A DNA stretch of 62,960 nt, filler included, from Sluysia triapertura (taxonomy: Eukaryota): assembly GCA_046118255.1 (NCBI GenBank). It is 5 parts of 5 records of this genome, joined end to end, with 100 filler letters (N's around TTAATTAATTAA, not from the genome) between each part and the next. Parts side by side here need not be neighbours in the genome. Positions count along the whole stretch, not along the records: positions 1 to 11,480 come from JBJNIA010184280.1; positions 11,581 to 23,463 come from JBJNIA010161042.1; 3 more parts are not named here. One strand, 5' to 3'. The notes below the pieces were generated by a model. The model worked only from the letters and a program-made list of their open reading frames with translations. It was not told where the DNA came from and ran no database searches. Position numbers and translations under genes: made by a program. Below, in pieces: positions 1 to 13,320 of the stretch. The number at the start of each line of letters is the position of its first letter. Position 1 is the stretch's first letter.

Positions 1-770
1 TGGCATAACAACCCTTGAGAGTTTTATTTATTTTTGACATTATTCATTTTAAATATTAACTAGTTTTAGTTCTTATTTGTGATTGCAAACATTAATAAAT
101 TATTAGTTTCATGTCTTCGAATAAATTATAAGCCTGAATGGGTTATAAGCCTGATGGACGTAGTAAAATTTATAAGTTACAATAATCACCATTTTAGCTA
201 ATAAAATTAAAAATTTAAAGTTCAATTCATGAACAAATGAATTATATCGCATATTTTTGAATAAAATTTATTGTACATTATTTTTATTTTTGTTGCTCTA
301 TCTATTCAGGAAAAATTCATTAATTAACATGTAATGTATCAATTCACACATTCAATGCATATTATCTTTGAAGTTGAATATCTCAAATACAAGCAGCAAT
401 TACACAGCATATTTGAGATATTTAAAATAATGAACAGTACATCATAAAATAAGTTTTTAACAAATCTTTTCCAGAATGGCTCCGGTATTGTCACGTAAAA
501 TAACATTGGTAAAATTACTCTAATTTTTAAAAATTAAAATTATAAAATATAAGTAATAATTTAGACGTGTTATGTACTCCTATTTTAATAATTGTTGTGT
601 TGTTTTACTATACCAAATTAATCATAAAATTTTGGTGCATACACAAATTTTTTAAGGCTGACTTTTTCGATTGTAAATTATAATGTTATTCGAATTTTAA
701 TAATTTTATGAAATCAGTTTATTAAATAAAGAAATCATATTTTCTGGGTTTGATTAATCGATAAAGCTTA

Positions 771-3700
771 ATGAAAAAGAAAAATTTTCTCAAATGCATT
801 TGTATTCATAAGACACCTCAAGTCAAAGTGTTAGATTACTCCAGTAGATATTTTCGTCAAGTTCCTCCAGATATATTTAATCATGAACGTACATTAGAAG
901 TACTTAATCTTGACAATAACAACATTTCAGAATTATCAAAAGTAAATTATTAAAAATGAATATTTTCATTTTTTAGGAATTATTTTGTTGTCGTTCATTG
1001 CGTGAACTGATATTAAGTGATAACGAACTGTGTAATATCCCGGATGCAATCGAGCATTTAATTAATTTGGTTGTATTAGATGTCAGTAAAAATAGTAATT
1101 TTAGTTTTTATTTTATTTTTGTAATTATTTAATAATAGATTTGCAATCATTGCCAGATAAATTAGGTTCATGTAGTCAGTTAGAAAGTATTGATGCCAGT
1201 GGGAATGCATATGAGGAGTTTGTTTTGTTATTTCACATAATGTTTATTTATTCCAAACACACTTAATGTGGCACACTTTACAATTTCACAGTTTCAAGAT
1301 ATATTACGAATTTAATATTTACTTAAACAATACGAAAATATTTAATCTAAATTTTATAATTTTAATCTTTTTTTTTGATAAAAATATTATAAAATTTTAT
1401 TTAGAAAAGTTATAATTCGTTTTCACAATTAAAACTTCGCCATTTCAGATAAAATTAATAAATATAAAAACGATCAAATTTAATAAATTTTAGGCACTTC
1501 TAACCAATGTTTCGTTTGTTCACATTTTATAACTTTTTCTAATCGATTTTTTAACAGTATCTTAGAATTTAGAAATTCTTGAAAATTCTGTTAAATTTGA
1601 GTCATATTTCAAAGTCAAACTTTAATCTCATTTCGAGTCGAGCATCTTACAATTAATAGTGAACTATGAAAATTGTAAATATTTATCGAATAACTTTATC
1701 AAATAAGTTGTTACTTTTTCTGTTCTTTTGATAGAATTTTCGAGAGATCCATTAATTTGTACTCCAATTATCGGAAAATTGATGTTCAGATTTCGCAAAA
1801 TATAGCGATACTGGCATTTTAGTAATAACGAGGATTAGATAAAATTAAGCCAGTGGTAAGATATTTTCAAAACACATTTCAAATAATTTATAAACCGAAG
1901 AAAGCTTTCCTTTCGAATGTACATTCCAGCCAAAATTATCGAATATGGCACATTAGTACGCATGGTCTGCGAAGCTCGCTCTGGATATATATGCTATTTT
2001 GAAATATATTGTGCTGGCGGTATAAAATTCCAAGGGTATAATAATTTATGGCAAGAAATCTCTATGAATTACTGAAAAACGACCCATATCTGCGGAACAT
2101 TATCGAAGATTAGAGGTACAGAATAGAATAAATTTAAAGAACACTAATCCAAGCTTTCAAAACGAAAGCAAATACATTCAGCAAATATGATAGGTATCAT
2201 ACACCCTAAAACCAAAAAACCGTTACAAAACCTACTTGCATGGTCGAGTACACCAGCAGTACTTATCTTATTATTCAATTTACTAAAAACAAAAAATGGA
2301 CGAAGAAAACTGCTTTGCATTTCATAAACACAGCATTATTTAATACTCGTCAATTTTACATATAAAGTTCCAGTGATAAAATCCGATTTAAAATTTTTTA
2401 TTTACTATAGCAAACTCATGACTACAAACTACAATCGAAACCGAGGAATCACAAAATCAAGTATGATCAGTAATTGCATACTTACGACTTATAACACGAA
2501 CTATTCTTTTAAACTATGTCTATATGTCAAACATACTTCAAGAATTTCAAAGTACGAATCGATTGATAGGTTGTGTCGAATTATCGGGAAAGGAAAATTA
2601 GAAAATCCCCGAAGAGTATGCAAAGTATGCAAAGGAAAATGTTTTGAAAGCTGTCACACTAAAACGAAATCTTCTTGAATAATAATTATTTCTATCTCGT
2701 TAATTACTTCGAATAAAATTTTACGAGATGTTTTTATATTCTTTGTTTGTTTTTTGTACTTCTTTGTTTGGTTTTCTTCTTCGTACTGACGTAAACCAAA
2801 GTTTCTTAGTACAACTATTCATAATATTTGTACATTTTAACACGATTTTGTGTATATCTATTTCGACCAAAAGTGTCTATTTATACCGCTAAATAAATTT
2901 AACAATTATTATACGAAAAGTCAAAACATGAATTGACAAAAAATGATTAAACTTAGAAAAATTATTTAAAATTAAAATATTAAAATGCCTCTTTTGAACC
3001 CTTGGTTAGAAATAGTGTTAAATATGTTTTCTTATCTAAGTAAGAGGACAGCATTCTTTTGTAAAATTTATTTATTCTATCTATATAATTTGCAAAATTA
3101 TATTCAAATATATTCGATAAGTTTTTATTCAATTATTCAATGAGAAATAAATTGTCTTTGAAGAAATAATTTATTTAAATATTTCTCCTTACTGGATTTC
3201 GTATTGATCCTTTAAGTATTGGTCACATCAATAAGCGTTTTTACATAACTTCCGCGACATAATTTATTTGTCTTAATAGCCGAATAACGCCTAGTATGCG
3301 TTCTTTATTTATGTTAGCGTCTGGCTATGTCAGTTATGTACAGTATGATAGGATATTTTAGATTTGTTTGTATCATGTCTACTCCGTATTTAGAATTATG
3401 GAAGTCCTAAACTATGATTATGGATAAATAATTAACTAATCTCATCGCTTCATTACTTTCACTCAGGTTTCTAATTTTTTTCGAGGTTGTTATTTTTATA
3501 CCATCAACTTCTCGCCATTTTCCCGCATCAAAGCGTCCGCGTTTTTGGCAAAATGTGAACAATTTTACGAATGCGATACTGTGAAAAGCCACTACACATA
3601 CTTAAATTCATTTATTATTGTCTTTAATAATAATAATTATTATTATTCTTTTTATAGATTGCCAGAAAGCATATGCCAATTGATAATGCTTCAAGAATTA

Positions 3701-6145
3701 TTGGTCAATACATCGTTTCTGAATTCTTTACCAGCAAAAATTGGAAGGTTCGTAATAATTAATTAATTACTTAATTAATTAATTTAATAACTAATCGACA
3801 CTTTGTTTTACGATTTATTTTAAGTACTACATAACGTTATTCTAGAAATACCAAAGTAATAATTTAATAATGAAATTCCAATAACTAGTTTCAGTTGATA
3901 TATAACTTTATCTATAATTAACACAAATTTGTACTAAAAAGTAAACCAAATTTGCAACTTTATGATCTCATTATCTCTTTTGATCATCTTCTCACGCCAG
4001 AATCTTTATTTACCAAATAATGGATTTATTAATAGTTACAATATTCAATATAAGTTACAGTGGTGGCTAAATTATTAGACTAAAACAGGAAAATATGTTT
4101 TTCTTTGATTTTCTTAATATTTGCTACCCTGGTATGGAAACTCTCCAAACATGAATCCCATAAAAAGTCTGTGGGAAATTTTCAAAAGGAGAGTTTCTAC
4201 AAAGATGGAACTTATTGAAACCCTGATAAAAGTATGGCATCACGATGACGAGATCAAAGACTTGTCCCCCAAGCTCATCCGTTGGCATGCCTTTAAGGAT
4301 CAGGAAATTATTGGATAATAAGGAGGGCATACAAAGTACTGATATAGCAACAGTTTGTACATATTTGATTTGTAGTAAATTGTGTTATCCTATATGAATA
4401 AAATTTATGTATATTTTGTATCTTTGTATTTTTATCGATTATTTTACTTTCACCAGAATTTTTTGAGAAAGTAGTTATTTTCCAACATTTTACATTTTCT
4501 GTGACAATGTTTTTATACACTTGAAAAATAGTTTCATAGCATTGAAAAATGTTGAATTTTATCACAAAAATGGTCTTTAGTCTAATAATTCGGCCACCAC
4601 TGTGTGTTATGTATTTTAACTTTTGACTAAAACGTATAACGGCAAAAGATAATCAATGTTTAGCAAATTTTATTTCAATAACATAATGAATATATCAATA
4701 TTTTATAAGTTCACAGCAATTGCTGAAAATGTCCTTTTTTCTCAACACAACTTCCAAACGAGAAGGGTCATATTTTGATATTGATAAAACGCAGCTATTC
4801 TATTTTGATCTTTGTTGCTGAAATTTTCATAGCGCATCAGTTGATGATAAAATAAAAATATGTGCATATTACAAATATTGTTGCATTATAAATTTCGGAT
4901 TGGCTAATGTGAAGCACAATTTTCTCGTAATTTGAAAAGTGATCATTTAATATTTATTTCATTAAAAATTTTGAAAAATCAATAATTGTTTGAATTGTTC
5001 TTTGAAAAAGGAAGTCTTTTCACTATTTATTTATTATTTTAATAAATTACTCTAGCATCAATAAAAGTATAGATATAATTCAAGGTCCTGATAGTAATGT
5101 GTAAATATTTACGAACGTTCTGAATATTTCTGAATGTTTCTCAGTACGGAAAGAAGATACAGTGATTTATGCAGAATACAGAGTAATAATAATTATGAAA
5201 TATTTAAAAAAAATTAAGTTTTTTCAATTTTGAAATGTACAACAATTCATAGAAATTAAAGAATTCACAATACATTTGTTAAAAATTTCCTTCTACATAC
5301 ATTATTTCCCTTTTTAAACATCAATCTATGAAATGTATTCAAATATTTGAAATTCATTATTGATTATTGATTATTTAATTATATTTTATTACAGTGTTTA
5401 TTCATATAATTTAATACTTTTGTCAAATAATTTAAGCATTATATTAAAACAATTAATAAATTTATTGAATCCTCTTAACCAAAAAATATGCCGAATATAA
5501 GAATAGGAAATGAAAGTAAAGGAAAAGCAAACTTAAATAAAAAACGATGTCTTGAACTTCAATAGATCTTTTGACAAATTTGGATACAAGATTGAACATA
5601 GTCGACTTACTCGGTATAGGTGTTCTGAAATTAAATTTATCATCTTTCTTCAACATGCTTGTAGCTAGTACTGACATAATAATTCTTAATAACGAAGATA
5701 CGTTCGTTTAAATCTAAAGTTCTTCGCTTCAATTTTAAGAATGAGGGTCAGAAATGCACGCTGAACAAAAATCAATAAGATCGCGCAACAAAAGTCATTC
5801 CAAAGACTACTACTCGCAGAAGGAAGTGAATAGTAGCGAATATAACATAAAATGATATAAAAGAAGAAATTACATTTGTCGTTTTTGATATCTAATTTTT
5901 ATTTAAGTTTGTGGTTCGGTTACTTTTGTGACACCCTCTACAAGCACTATATTTGCAATATTCTAATTAATTAAGTTATGTGACAAAATGCTTCAATTAA
6001 ATTATTAATTTAATTTTTTTTCAGATTGGTTAATCTGCGACACTTAGAAGCTAGAGAGAATGAAATCAAAGTATTACCCGCGAATATTGGCGATTTGTTA
6101 AATTTGCAACACTTGGATGTTGGCAATAATGAACTTGAGGAATTA
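771..6145 (+). CDS. LAP-family leucine-rich-repeat protein (Erbin/Densin/Lap1-like), 5' part only; exons 771-941, 977-1094, 1139-1217, 3658-3747, 6025-6145
   Basis: GT-AG introns keep the frame (phases 0,1,2,2). Spliced product: MKKKNFLKCICIHKTPQVKVLDYSSRYFRQVPPDIFNHERTLEVLNLDNNNISELSK/ELFCCRSLRELILSDNELCNIPDAIEHLINLVVLDVSKN/NLQSLPDKLGSCSQLESIDASGNAYE/ELPESICQLIMLQELLVNTSFLNSLPAKIG/RLVNLRHLEARENEIKVLPANIGDLLNLQHLDVGNNELEEL. This is colinear with the Erbin/Scribble N-terminal LRRs (LDYS..VP..IF..E.TLE.L.LD.N.I.EL; LDVSKN; LE.REN). No later exons were found. Confidence 0.9.
1492..3021 (+). mobile_element. Degenerate piggyBac (PGBD-type) transposon in LAP intron 3
   Basis: Frameshifted fragments RLDKIKPVVRYFQNTFQIIYKP (~1830-1900), LSFRMYIPAKIIEYGTLVRMVCEARSGYICYFEIY (~1905-2010), QQYLSYYSI..KTKKWTKKTALHFINTALFN (~2255-2345) and the Cys-rich end PRRVCKVC..CFESCHT (~2610-2660) match piggyBac transposase motifs. 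The first catalytic DE segment is deleted. The right end reads ...ttggttagaaatagtgTTAA; the left end (cacttctaaccaa near 1495) is only a partial match, so boundaries are approximate. Confidence 0.85.
4058..4602 (+). mobile_element. Internally deleted Tc1-like DNA transposon
   Basis: 27-bp TIRs cagtggtggctaaattattagactaaa / tttagtctaataattcggccaccactg (2 mismatches), preceded by TA. Internal LLPWYGNSPNMNPIKSLWEIFKRRV matches the Tc1 C-terminal WP..SPDLNPIE.LW motif. Confidence 0.9.
4700..5941 (-). mobile_element. Remnant of a DD37D/maT-like (Tc1/mariner superfamily) element
   Basis: Minus-strand terminus tagagggtgtcacaaaagtaacc (~5918-5940) is mariner-like. KFNFRTPIPSKSTMFNLVSKF resembles the N-terminal HTH of these transposases. 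Minus-strand ..KKGHFQQLL* (~4710-4740) resembles their G.HFE.LL C-terminus. The second TIR was not identified. Confidence 0.5.
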
Positions 6146-8989
6146 GTTGGTCATTTATTATATTTATGTTTATACATAAGAAGCGATCATCGTTGAGTAG
6201 AAATTTATAAGGGACACTTTCAATTGATTTTTTATGAACATTTTAAAAGAATAATTTAAAGTTTGAAGAAATTTTCTGATTTAACACAGTGATTTGAGCA
6301 TATCCTTCTGTTATTAATGTTTAACCTCTCTAATGGCGTTTATATGGTTACTATCTCTGTATATTCATTTTAAAAATGCACCAAAAAATTAAAATAGAAA
6401 GTAATTCAAATAAATAAAATATTGATTTATTTTAAAGTAAATCATTCACTATAATATTTCTGAAACAGAAATAACTTTGCCTTTTTCTTAAATATTTGAT
6501 AATCTTCCACTAATTTGACATTCCTTGGTAGCTGGTTGTATATTTTTGAAACATAAACGGTATACAACCTATCACCTAGCTTGTAATTTTTAATCTCAAT
6601 TTGTATTTGTGTTAATACAATAAAATAATTCCAATAATTAATTTTTGTATAAATTTAAGTCATTTAATGATTTGTTGACCGTTTTTTCATTGTAATTAAA
6701 TTAAATTAATATAACATAATTTATTTATTTATCGCTAAAATAAAAAATAAGACGTATGGAAAAATCAATAAATATTAACCATGCAACAGTCGGATTTTTT
6801 TTGAGAAAAGGGATAAAAATATTGTTACTTTTATTATTATTTGACTACATTTATTAACACAATTAATGAATTACAATAAATAATTTAATTACAGTATACT
6901 TTATATATTCCGTAGAAAAACGCACCTGTAGGATTTTAATTGCTTAATAAAGAGAACCTTGAAATTAAATTAACGCGCGGAATGTTAATGTCTTTAGCAC
7001 AAATTATGTATTTAAAACTATGTATAATAAGTAAAGTAACGATGTGAATATGTATATTATATATAAAAAAATTATCATAATAAAAATGAAATTAATTTTA
7101 ATCAAGAGAGTTACTATTAAAACAAAGTTCAAACAAGGAGGGCAAAAATGGGCAGGTGGCCCGGGGCGCTGCGTCATGGGGCACAAACCGCTTCTAGAAA
7201 AATAGAAAAAAAAATTAATATAAGTGCTTTTTGATCATTGGTGGTGTGTTTGGGGGTGTCAGGTCGAGGTCTTGCCCCTACCTGGGATATGACTTCGGCA
7301 CGGCACTTCAATTAAGACTTGATATTGAACTATAATTTCTGTTAATAAGAATTATAATGTGTGAGGCCCCTGTGATTCCAGGTTTATGCACTTAAGGGTT
7401 AGTCTGTAGGATGCAGATAAAATTAATTAATTTGGAGGTTAAATTGAACGAATTATAATAGTGGTACAATATACTAAACAGTATAATAAAGAATTTTTTA
7501 GTAATTGGTATGGAAATATTTTCTGTCAAAGGCTAAGTTAAGATAATGTGACTTATAATGCTAATGGACAAGTATGTCGTCAAATAAAATGATACAAATT
7601 TGAAACTGTTTACAAAATGCTCAGGTCAATGTTAATAAAAAGTTGTATAAAAGTTAATAATAATTAATATAATCCACACTAAAATTATATGTTGTGAAAT
7701 TGTTTTATTAAATTGTGTTTCTAGTAATTCGATTGAAAAAACGTTATAGAAATATTTATGTGACTCTTGAATGAATTTAACAAATTATATAATTATTGAA
7801 TAAATTTACCAAATTATTAATTTGAATTAATAATTTGTCTTGATAATTTTTTTTAATTTTTTAAAAATCAATCCTTTTAATATACAATTTTAAATGTGTA
7901 AATCAATTTATTAATAAATCGAACTAACGATCACTTTTTAAAAATCAAGATATTTATGCGAATGAGTAATAAAATTTATTATTCCCAATAATTTGTTGAT
8001 GGAAAATTTAAAATATCAAATCAATTACAATTTTTTCAAATATTAAATCAATTATGTCTTGACAACATGATAATAATATTGTAAATGTCTACATACAATA
8101 AAGTCATTTTTATATATACTTCTGTTTACCTTAAAAATATTCACTTATAAAGTACAATTATTTATTATTATTACTCTAGATTAAAAATCATTGTTTGAAA
8201 TTATTTACTATTTTTATTGATTAGTAAATAAATAAACTAATTAATAAATAAACCAACAAAAATAAGTAAATATACAACCACAATATTAATATAAAATTAT
8301 AATAAGATAGCTCAACATTATGAAAAGATTTTAATTATATTTTATCCCTTACACGTAGGTAAGACAATACATTTTATAAATGGAAATATCTTGATTTGTT
8401 AAATTGATTATCGATCAGGAAGAGAGAATATTGGAATAACAGTAAAAATGACTCAGATAATAATTGAATGTGACGAAGAGAGCGTTGTTTGATTAGATTA
8501 ATATAGTCATATGACTATCTATATATTGGTCAACCATATTATATAATTTGAATATGATAATGGATTGATTTATCATACTATGTGACTTATCTGCTATAAT
8601 AAGTTTCGATCTAGCCTAGTTATATTATTGTGGTTATTTGGTCGTCTTATGGTTATATTCTATTTTTACTTTTATTCTATTTTTGTTTTATTTTAACACA
8701 AAATAAAAATTATTTATAACTCATTGGAGATTTTGGAATTTTACGTACACCAATTAGCACGAAGAATATATCAGTTATGTTTGACAATTTAATGTCAATT
8801 TTTATTCATATAAATCAATAATATTGTAACATAATATTCATCCATTTTGAATTTATTTCAAAAAAATTTTTTTATCGATTTTCTTCAAAATAAAAATTAA
8901 ATCATTATTTTAAATCACTTCAAAACACCAAATTTTTTTTCGAGATTTGAAAGCTAAATTCCATTTAATTTAAATTAATTTCTTAGAAA

Positions 8990-9400
8990 TAAAAATTAAA
9001 ATTATTGCCATTATAATGCTTTTAAATTGAGATTTAATAGAATTAATATGAATTTAAAATTCAGTAACAAATAGTAACTAGTTTTAAATTAAAAACCAAA
9101 TATGCAATTATTTTAAAATGAGATTCCATAAAGACAATACGAAATCAACTTTGAAAACACAAAATCTAAGAAAAACTATTTTAATAAGTAAATTAAAGTT
9201 ATATTGAATAGAGATTTAATAAAACTAGTATGTAATTAAAAATTAACATTATTCTTGATCAAAATTAGCTTAAATTAAAGATTGGGCAGAATAGAGAGAA
9301 TAACGTGATATCAAATTTAAAAGTATTATAATCGAGAAAAATCATTAAAATGAGAATGAATATAAATTAGATACAATCAAAATTCAGTAACAATTTCGGA
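8990..9400 (+). repeat. Dispersed AT-rich repeat family, copy 1 (others at ~19910-20160 and ~62310-62600)
   Basis: Shared blocks tttaaattgagatttaataga..aatat(g/a)aattc/taaaatt and ttttaaaatgagattc.ataaagacaata occur in all three loci, with an internal ~80-90 nt periodicity. Confidence 0.65.
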
Positions 9401-9699
9401 CAGTAACAGTGTTTAACAAAATGAAATTATTATAGTTTGAAATTATTATTTTACTACATCATTATAAAATTATTAAGAAATTTATTTATATATCGATGGA
9501 ATTGAAATTATTATTATGTTATAGAATTTATGCTACAGTATTATAAAATTATTACTACGACTTTATTACTATACTAACTATTAGGAAATTTGAAATTATT
9601 ATTTTGCTACATTACTATAAAATCATTATCGATTGAATTAATAGAAAAATTACGATATAAATAGATGAAAAATTGTTAGACAACACACAAAAATATTTA

Positions 9700-10420
9700 T
9701 AAGAGCGAGTCAGGTCTGGTGATTATGCAGTTTTAAATGCAGTTCATTCAAGCTGTCGACATTGAAGGTTTTGAATATATTTACTATTCTATTTGTGGAC
9801 ACAAATCTACATCACGGTTTATATATATTTATCATTTTATTTTCGGACGCATAAACGTCGTAGAACATTTATTTATTACTCTAATTGTTCGAAATTTAAA
9901 ATGCTTTAATATTAATATAATCATAAATTTGTTGATTCCATTGTTAAAGTGTCTAAATTAATCAAAAATCTTATTTTTTGATTAATAAATTTTATTATAA
10001 ATCTGATTCGTGTTTTTATTTATTTGTTTTTGATTGAATAATATCCAAGGAGGAGCTGAATTCGAGCACTTACTCTAAATAAAACAAAGTTTAATTTTAA
10101 GACATCATAAAAATAAAAACTTACTTTGCGTTTCCGAAACGAGTATCTGATTCACGCTTCTAGATAGAATAAGTCTAATACATAAATAATACTTATAAAG
10201 CAAAAGGACAGTCTATACGATATGAGGTAAAAAAATTTGACGAATAATAAATTATATAAGTGAAGATATTTAGGCTATCATCGAAGACTAAAAGTACATA
10301 TTAATTAAAGTTGAGAATTCATTATAATTTTAGTTAAAATTAGAGTTAAAGATTTAGGATAGCATTAATAAGAATTCATAAAGAAAGTTTCATTGATTGT
10401 AAACACATACGGAATGCATT
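9700..10420 (-). mobile_element. Highly decayed non-LTR retrotransposon 3' fragment
   Basis: Minus-strand fragments VLLVFDDSLN, LLLYK and RFVSTNRIVNIFKTFNVDSL loosely resemble post-RT segments of Jockey/CR1-type ORF2; there are many stops. Confidence 0.3.
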
Positions 10421-11480
10421 GATTACAAGCATATATAAATCTATCGATGTAATAAAGTGTTCCAAAGCATTTAATTTTTATAAAGAACTACTAAGCTTAA
10501 ATTTTTAAATTTTACAATATGTGTTTCTTTTCTTTTCAATAAGTAAACAAATTTGGAAATTAATGGATAAAAATATGGAAAAAACATAAATAATATCATG
10601 ATATCATAAATATCATGAAATAATTAAATAAATAAAAAGCAAATCGAATTTTTCTTTGTTTCAAAAACAATATGAAGTATGTCTATTTTATGTTATTGAG
10701 TATTTATTATTTCATAATAAAATCAATTAATATTTTTCAATTAATCTTTCTTCTTTGTTTTAATAAATCGTATTATTTGCTCATATTTTCATATTTAATA
10801 CAAAATAATCGTTAAATTAAAATTACTCATTCGAAGATTTAATGTACATATATATAGTACATATTTTACTATATTATTTATTTATTTATTATTATTATTT
10901 TTATTATTATCTTAGTGTGATTATATAAAGGGAAAGTTGTTTTTATATTTAACTAGACCAAAGGTGCGCAAACTAGAGGGCAAGCCCCCGAATGGGGCTG
11001 CGTGATAATAATTTGGGGTGCTAAAAATTTTAAAATTGTTAGATTTTACAAAGTTTTGTGTTTTCTTTGAATATTTTTTGTTGTTTTTTACCAATTCAAG
11101 TAATTCCATCATCTAATTCCACAATTTACGATCTTGATGTAGAACAATCATCAAGAATAAAATTTCAAAGCAAATATACTTACAAACTCATGTGCACTAG
11201 AGATATTATTCTGCTATTTTTTAGCTGTTAATTAAAAATAACGACGTTAGCAGACACTGCTATCACAATCGCGAAGTAGCAGCTATTAAATAACAGCGAC
11301 CATATGAAAAAAAATTAATATCTTTTTTGATATAAAGAATTAAAATTTAATTTTGTTAATTTTTCTTTATTTTTGATAAAGAATTAGAACTGTTGATGTT
11401 CATAATATTTAATTTATTTAATTTATAAGAAACAGAAAAATAAATTTTGTTATTAAAAAGGTGTTTATTTTATTTATGAA

Positions 11481-11580
11481 NNNNNNNNNNNNNNNNNNNN
11501 NNNNNNNNNNNNNNNNNNNNNNNNTTAATTAATTAANNNNNNNNNNNNNNNNNNNNNNNNNNNNNNNNNNNNNNNNNNNN
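11481..11580. other. Assembly gap spacer
   Basis: 44 N + TTAATTAATTAA (stop codon in all six frames) + 44 N, identical at four sites. Confidence 0.97.
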
Positions 11581-13199
11581 TAAGTTTATCAATCTATGCT
11601 AAAAAAAGTCATCATTTTTGACGGTCTTGTCGAAAAAAACCATGCGTTAAGTGGTTATTATATGTACTTTCGAGAATTTTCTATTTAATTAATTTTGCAA
11701 AAACTTTTAAAATTGAAAATGTAAAAATTAAACTTTTATAACTTTATACTGTAACGAACAAATTTTTAAATCTGAATGTTTCTGATTCCGTCCTCTCGAT
11801 ACAAATTAAAAAAATAAAGTGTTGCACAATAATAATCATATTCGAGTTAGATTCATTTATCTTATACTTGCAAGACTTAATTTTATCACATGGATTATTT
11901 ACGAACATTTCATCAATAATTTAGTAAATCCATTTTCAGTATGCTCTGATTTCTTACATATTGAAGATAGACAATGGCACGGATGATAATGAAGCGCTTA
12001 TACTTCGCAATGAAGAGTTTACATAAGTATTTTAGATTCAACTTAATTATTTAAATTTTTTTCTTTCATATAAATTAACGAAACACCACTCATCACAACC
12101 ATACAATCACAAAACCAACTTCAAAATCTTAAAAACACTTTAACTTACAAAACCCTTAAGACTTTGTTATAAAATCAAATAACAAAAACAAGCTCAATTC
12201 TTCTTAACTTGTTATTCTGATCTGCCCTTTATAATAAGAAATAAGCTACTTGAAAAGCTTTTTGTAATGAAATATCTCAAAGAACATTTTGTGGAATCAA
12301 ATTCTGGCATCTATTAGATTCTATGAATACCTTAATCAAAAGTTTAATTAAAGAGACAAGAATTATAAAATTGCATTAAACCATGTAGCAAGAGAAGACA
12401 CTGCACTTAAAAGAACAAAATTGAAATATTGAGAAGCAATAATGGGATAAATTCAAATTCATATTGAATTACAAAAGCAAACTAGGAAAACAATTAGAAA
12501 CTCAACATATTATGTTAATGTATAAAAATGAAATGTAATTTGTATAAAAATGTAATGGAATGTTTTTCATGTAAATAATTAGTGTAATATAATATTTTAA
12601 TTTTAAATAGTTGTTATTTTATATTATTGATATTATTATTAATAAGATAACTATCGAAGATAAAACTATCAAAGAAATTTATGCCATTGCAAATTAACCA
12701 ATATTACTTCAAAATGTTTAAATAACTGGTGTTTTATTATATACAAGAAACATAAGTTACCACAACAATGGAATTGAGACAAATCAATAAATTATCTACA
12801 TTTACCATATTAGAACAGAACTGTTTATCTTTTGTGTTTACAATAACGATAGAATATCCATTGCTGATTTTTCGAAGGAAGAAAATATACCATGATTTAG
12901 GTTTATAACTTATGCAATGGAATACATATAGTTTAGTAGCTTTTTATTCAAATACTCAATTATATTATATTTCTAATAAAATTATGCAAAATTAAAATTA
13001 ATTTTTTAATGCGATGATAAAATCACTTCTTAAATCATGTTTAAATGTGATTAAAAAATCAATCAATAAAACCTCAATAGTGCAAGGACAAATAACCATT
13101 AACTCGTTTATTAAACTCAAATCGAACATAATTCCAGTTAAGTTACAATTGAAATTTAATCACTCAGATTTTAGTTTACAATAGTGCATCATAACAGAG

Positions 13200-13320
13200 T
13201 AATAATTTATTAACACATACATAAATCCTGTGGACGAGCCCACAATTGTTTAAGACTCGCATCACAGGCGGACTCTAAATTATTTAAACAATTGTAGGAC
13301 TTCTTTAAAGATCCACTTCA
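13200..13320 (+). repeat. Probable 3' end (R/U5) of a diverged LTR
   Basis: Contains the AAATCC-stem-GG(C/T)G(A/G)AC motif also present in the LTR at 42128. It is followed ~45 nt later by cacttca, comparable to cacttgca at the end of the 42.2-kb LTR. Confidence 0.45.

Noticed and set aside
7120-7310. GC-rich patch, and a similar hAT-like terminus caggaccggatttaggg at ~35673
   Set aside because: Probably hAT/MITE ends, but no matching second TIR or 8-bp TSD could be verified.
11525-11536. Identical TTAATTAATTAA palindrome inside N runs at four sites
   Set aside because: Artificial six-frame-stop linker placed in scaffold gaps, not biological. It also means adjacency across gaps is uncertain.
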